Source: Erysipelotrichaceae bacterium | Lineage (GTDB): Bacteria; Bacillota_I; Bacilli_A; Erysipelotrichales; Erysipelotrichaceae | Length of the DNA stretch: 32,000 nucleotides | Assembly: GCA_963663995.1 (NCBI GenBank) | Contig: OY760660.1 | Span: 330,001-362,000, forward strand | Reading direction: 5' to 3' | In this document: positions 25,615 through 32,000 of the stretch, piece by piece | How the letters are laid out: each line of letters opens with the position of its first letter | Position numbering within the stretch: the stretch's first letter is position 1 | Translations under genes and position numbers: made by a program | The notes under the pieces: generated by a model | What the model was told of the DNA's origin: nothing | What the model saw: the letters and a program-made list of their open reading frames with translations, nothing else | Database searches by the model: none

Positions 25615-27038
25615 TGAAACAAGCATCCTTAGTCTTCACTATCTTTGGGTCTACTGGGGATTTAACTTATCGAAAATTAATTCCAGCGCTTTATCACTTA
25701 GAAAAGCGTAATTTATTAGCAGATGATTTTGAAATTCGCTGTATTGGTCGACGTGATTATACACAAGTTGAGTATATTGATAAGCTAAAACCTTGGTTAG
25801 AGAAACAAAGTCGATTTAAATTAAATGATGAAACACTTAATCATTTTTTAGCGCGCATTAAATATATCAAGATGGAGTTCACAGAACTTTCTGCTTACGA
25901 ATTATTAAAGAACTATCCAGCAGGGCTAGATAATCTCTATTATTTTGCGGTAGCTCCAGAATTTTTTGGATTGATTGCTCAACATCTTCATGACTCCTCT
26001 TATTTATTGTCGGGTCAACATCGAGTTATTTTGGAAAAACCATTTGGTGATTCTTTAGAACATGCCAAAGAAGTCCATCATACGATATCTGAAATATTTA
26101 CAGCTGATAATATCTATCACATTGATCATTATCTCGGTAAAGAAATGATTCAAAATATTTTAGCGATTCGGTTTAGTAATCGTCTCTTTAAATCAGCTTG
26201 GAATCGTAATGATATCGAAGCAATACAAATTACGGTTGCTGAAGTAGTAGGTGTAGAAACACGTGGTCATTATTATGAACAAGCAGGGGCTTTAAAGGAT
26301 ATGGTTCAAAACCATCTACTTCAAATGTTATCCTATTTAATTATTGATGAACCCAATAATCTAAACTCAGATGAACTGGATAAAAAACAATTAGAAGCTT
26401 TAAAATCATTAGTCATTGATGACTTAGTTTTAGGTCAATATGGTGAAGGTGAAAGTGGAATTGCATATGTGGATGAAAAAAATGTTGATGATCATTCACA
26501 GATTGAAACTTATGCTGCTTTGCGTGCTCATTTATGTGCAGGTCATTTAAAAGATGTGCCTATTTTTTTAAGAACAGGTAAGCGATTAAGTCACAAGGCG
26601 ACCTATATTAAAGTCATTTTTAAGAAAACAGGTCTAGAACTTTACCCACATGATTCATCTGAAGTTTTAACCATTAAAGTACAACCTGATGAAGGGGTAA
26701 GCTTTAGTTTTAATGCGAAAAAACCAGGAAGTTTAAACACCATTGAACAAGTAAAAATGGATTTCTGTCAGTCATGTATTATTGAAAATAGAATTAATAC
26801 ACCTGAAGCATACGAAAGATTACTTGATGATGCCTTTAAACATGATCGTAGTTTATTTACTCCGTGGGAAATGGTTGAGTTAGGTTGGTCATATGGTGAA
26901 GAAATGAATTTAATCAAAAAAGATCGACACTTAGCCTTACATGTTTATGAAAGTGGATCTCGTGGACCTCAAGCTGCAGAAGAAATGTGTGAAAAATTAT
27001 CATTGGAATGGCTAGACGAAGACGAGTATTCGTATTAA
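25614..27038 (+). CDS. zwf: Glucose-6-phosphate 1-dehydrogenase
   Basis: 474 aa. GSTGDLTYRKL, EKPFG and the IDHYLGKE active-site motif. The ATG overlaps the gnd stop (TAATG). The alternative GTG 25602 is less likely. Confidence 0.95.
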   Translation: MKQASLVFTIFGSTGDLTYRKLIPALYHLEKRNLLADDFEIRCIGRRDYTQVEYIDKLKPWLEKQSRFKLNDETLNHFLARIKYIKMEFTELSAYELLKNYPAGLDNLYYFAVAPEFFGLIAQHLHDSSYLLSGQHRVILEKPFGDSLEHAKEVHHTISEIFTADNIYHIDHYLGKEMIQNILAIRFSNRLFKSAWNRNDIEAIQITVAEVVGVETRGHYYEQAGALKDMVQNHLLQMLSYLIIDEPNNLNSDELDKKQLEALKSLVIDDLVLGQYGEGESGIAYVDEKNVDDHSQIETYAALRAHLCAGHLKDVPIFLRTGKRLSHKATYIKVIFKKTGLELYPHDSSEVLTIKVQPDEGVSFSFNAKKPGSLNTIEQVKMDFCQSCIIENRINTPEAYERLLDDAFKHDRSLFTPWEMVELGWSYGEEMNLIKKDRHLALHVYESGSRGPQAAEEMCEKLSLEWLDEDEYSY

Positions 27039-27047
27039 ATTAGACTT

Positions 27048-27935
27048 ATGATATTTGATCGTACTTTAGGAATTGCCTTAAGTGGTGGGGGCATCAAAGC
27101 CTATGCACAAGTCGGAGTATTAAGAAGACTAAGAGAGAGTGAAATCGATTTTAGTGGTTTTAGTGGCACTAGTATGGGATCAATCGTCGCAACTTTAGCG
27201 GCAGCTGGTTTAAGTGCTGATGAAATGGAAGAGCGTTTATTACGAGTTGAAAAAGAGATTATTAAACGTAAACTATTAAACCCATCAAATGCTCAAGTCT
27301 TTCCTTTGATTACTCAATCCATTACCGGTTTAATCAATCCAAAAGAATTTAGAAATTTATTAGATGCTGAATTAAAGGACTTAGGTTTAAAAAAACTAAG
27401 TGATATTAAAACACCGTTAACCATTGTCGCGGCAGATTTAAAATCAGGTGGTTTGGTTTATTTTACAAATCGTCCAAAAGCTTATAAAGCAAGTAAATTT
27501 GAAACGATTTTTGGGGATGCGAATATTATTGATGCTTTACAAGCATCTTGTTCATTTCCAATGGTCTTTGAAAACATGATGTACAAAGGTACGCAATTAG
27601 TTGATGGGGGTGTCTTAATGAATCTACCCGTAAAACCTTTAAGACAAATTGGTTTTGATCGCATTTTCTCTATCTCTATGGAGAACTTAGAACCTTTTAC
27701 TGAAAGTAAAAAAGTCACTGATATCGCGATGCGAATTCTAGATATGTCGACAAATGATGCGACAAGAAATAGTATTGCGATGAGTGACTATAATATTAAT
27801 GTATTTGATAAATCAATTGGTATCTTTAGCTTTGGAAAGGGTAAAGCTGCGATTGACTTAGGTTATCAAACAGCTGAAGAAGTTGTTAAAGATCTTAAAG
27901 AAATTAAAATAGATTTAAGAAGATTTAGAATCTAA
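27048..27935 (+). CDS. Patatin-like phospholipase
   Basis: 295 aa. GGGIKA oxyanion motif, GTSMGS nucleophile elbow, and VDGG catalytic Asp. Confidence 0.85.
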   Translation: MIFDRTLGIALSGGGIKAYAQVGVLRRLRESEIDFSGFSGTSMGSIVATLAAAGLSADEMEERLLRVEKEIIKRKLLNPSNAQVFPLITQSITGLINPKEFRNLLDAELKDLGLKKLSDIKTPLTIVAADLKSGGLVYFTNRPKAYKASKFETIFGDANIIDALQASCSFPMVFENMMYKGTQLVDGGVLMNLPVKPLRQIGFDRIFSISMENLEPFTESKKVTDIAMRILDMSTNDATRNSIAMSDYNINVFDKSIGIFSFGKGKAAIDLGYQTAEEVVKDLKEIKIDLRRFRI

Positions 27936-28892
27936 ATACTTACGATGTAAAGTGATGATTGGAAGTTCATTGATTTGATCTTGATCAAACCATTCAAATT
28001 CACTGGACTCATAGATATCTAATTCATAGAAATCAACTTCCCATATCTTATGTGAAAAGACATGTGTTAAACGCTTGTCTTTTTTAAGTTGGTTTAATTC
28101 TAAATTTGTTTGATTAATTTCAGGTAAGCGATAATAGCCTTTCATTAGACTATCTTTATGATTTAAAGTTAAGGCAATTTGTTGATTTTTGTTTTTTAAT
28201 AAGATGACTGATTTATGTTCAACTTTTTGTTTTATTTTAGCTTTAACTTTAGGGTATTCATTGACTTTGTCACTTTGATAAGCTAAACAGTTAATCTTTA
28301 AAGGACAAGTTTCACACAAGGCTTTTTTATTACAGATGAGTGCTCCACATTCCATAATAGCTTGCGTTAAGATATGTGGTTCAACTTCATCCATCCATTT
28401 GATGATTTTTTTCTCAATAATTGACTCGAAATCTTTTGCTTCAGAATCTAAAAGAAATAATCGTGCAAAAACACGTTTCACATTTCCATCAATGGCTGCA
28501 CATTTCTCATCAAAACAGATGGATGCGATTGCACTTGCTGTATAGGGACCAATGCCACTTAATTTAATAATTTCATTTCTTGATTTAGGGAATTGAGATT
28601 TAAAATCATTTTGAATGGTCTTGGCAGCCTTCTGAAGGTTTCGAGCACGTGAATAATAACCTAAACCTTCCCAGGCTTTTAATATTTCTTCTTCTGATGC
28701 GTTTGCGACATCATCAATGGTTTTGAATTTTGTCATCCAAGCATTGTAATAAGGAATTAAAGTATCGATTTGAGTTTGTTGAGCCATGATTTCTGAGATC
28801 CAAATTCGATAGGGTTCTCTATTTTCACGAAAAGGGAGTGTTCGATGGTTTTCTAAATACCAATTTTTAAGTAAGTTTTCTGTTTTTGACAT
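27915..28892 (-). CDS. mutY: A/G-specific adenine DNA glycosylase
   Basis: About 325 aa. HhH-GPD (LSGIGPYTA), a four-Cys Fe-S cluster (CNKKALCETCPLKINC) and a C-terminal NUDIX-like domain. ATG 28892 is preferred over the track GTG 28898 because TATAAT sits at 28904-28899. Confidence 0.9.
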   Translation of the reverse strand: MSKTENLLKNWYLENHRTLPFRENREPYRIWISEIMAQQTQIDTLIPYYNAWMTKFKTIDDVANASEEEILKAWEGLGYYSRARNLQKAAKTIQNDFKSQFPKSRNEIIKLSGIGPYTASAIASICFDEKCAAIDGNVKRVFARLFLLDSEAKDFESIIEKKIIKWMDEVEPHILTQAIMECGALICNKKALCETCPLKINCLAYQSDKVNEYPKVKAKIKQKVEHKSVILLKNKNQQIALTLNHKDSLMKGYYRLPEINQTNLELNQLKKDKRLTHVFSHKIWEVDFYELDIYESSEFEWFDQDQINELPIITLHRKYLDSKSS

Positions 28893-28916
28893 GGACACAT
28901 TATACTAGACAAAATT

Positions 28917-28939
28917 AAAAGCGAGTAAAACTCGCTTTT
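28917..28939. terminator. Orphan bidirectional terminator-like hairpin in the mutY/typA divergent region
   Basis: AAAAGCGAG-TAAAA-CTCGCTTTT. T tracts follow on both strands. Confidence 0.5.
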
Positions 28940-29085
28940 AATCATTATGCGATAAACCAATTTACATGGAGGGATATGAAGAGATTCATAGGTTCATCGT
29001 TTAGGTTTGCTTTAACCTTGAATAAATTATAACTTCTTTTGTAAAATGACTTGTGAAAGCAAAGTGAAAGATTTTGTCAAAAGTG

Positions 29086-29094
29086 TGTTAGAAT
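29086..29094 (+). promoter_or_regulatory. Extended -10 promoter for typA
   Basis: TGTTAGAAT. The AAGAGG RBS (29105-29110) and ATG 29119 follow. Confidence 0.45.
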
Positions 29095-29118
29095 ACACAA
29101 GTTAAAGAGGACATTATT

Positions 29119-32000
<2,882 letters not shown>

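Noticed and set aside
27048-27935. The patatin-like phospholipase as an effector of a CBASS-like or other anti-phage system
   Set aside because: No cyclase, sensor, NTPase or other defence partner is adjacent. It sits between zwf and mutY in a housekeeping context, so a lipid-metabolism role is more parsimonious.
28976-29032. An 18-codon + strand ORF (MKRFIGSSFRFALTLNKL) after GGAGGG
   Set aside because: The SD-to-ATG spacing is only about 3 nt. The peptide has no recognisable features and no terminator follows. It is kept only as the alternative explanation in the sRNA finding.

Overview
Densely coding chromosomal segment, AT-rich by eye, from a monoderm organism (lipoprotein signal peptides with lipoboxes; Firmicutes-, Erysipelotrichia- or Acholeplasma-like, not resolvable from sequence alone). 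The standard genetic code applies: TGA ends several homology-delimited genes and Trp is TGG. I support about 31 protein genes, nearly all recognisable housekeeping or carbohydrate metabolism: perR-like regulator plus peroxiredoxin, glpK, a methyltransferase, a DUF2975 membrane protein plus YozG-type HTH pair, a PII-like protein plus CPA2 antiporter pair, a cupin, an APH-family kinase, a Cof-type HAD phosphatase plus an unknown 121-aa protein, a galK-like/galM pair, an AraC-type response regulator, a YesM-type histidine kinase and a sensor-type sugar-binding lipoprotein next to mglBAC, an aldo/keto reductase, a tight metallophosphoesterase-tdh-kbl-ORF82-hydroxyacid dehydrogenase operon, gnd-zwf, a patatin-like lipase, mutY, typA, and a 3'-truncated tgt that the ORF track misses because it runs off the window. 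I saw no rRNA, tRNA, CRISPR array, IS or transposase, integrase or phage genes, and no recognisable multi-gene defence island. I cannot claim a clear-cut novel system. The stretches most worth a second look are: (1) the three-component glucose/galactose-type sensor, whose sensor SBP keeps the GGBP ligand residues and carries an extra EF-hand-like insert; (2) a PII-like protein translationally abutted to a CPA2 antiporter that has no RCK/KTN domain; (3) two orphan intrinsic terminators in long intergenic regions that suggest unannotated small RNAs (7101-7256 on +, about 28915-29019 on -); (4) a recurring TATAAT-N6/7-ATG geometry implying leaderless mRNAs for four transcription units; (5) the uncharacterised DUF2975/YozG pair; (6) non-canonical partners around tdh-kbl; (7) a galactokinase-family enzyme with a degenerate sugar-binding signature. 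All functional calls rest on motif recognition by eye, since no database search was possible.
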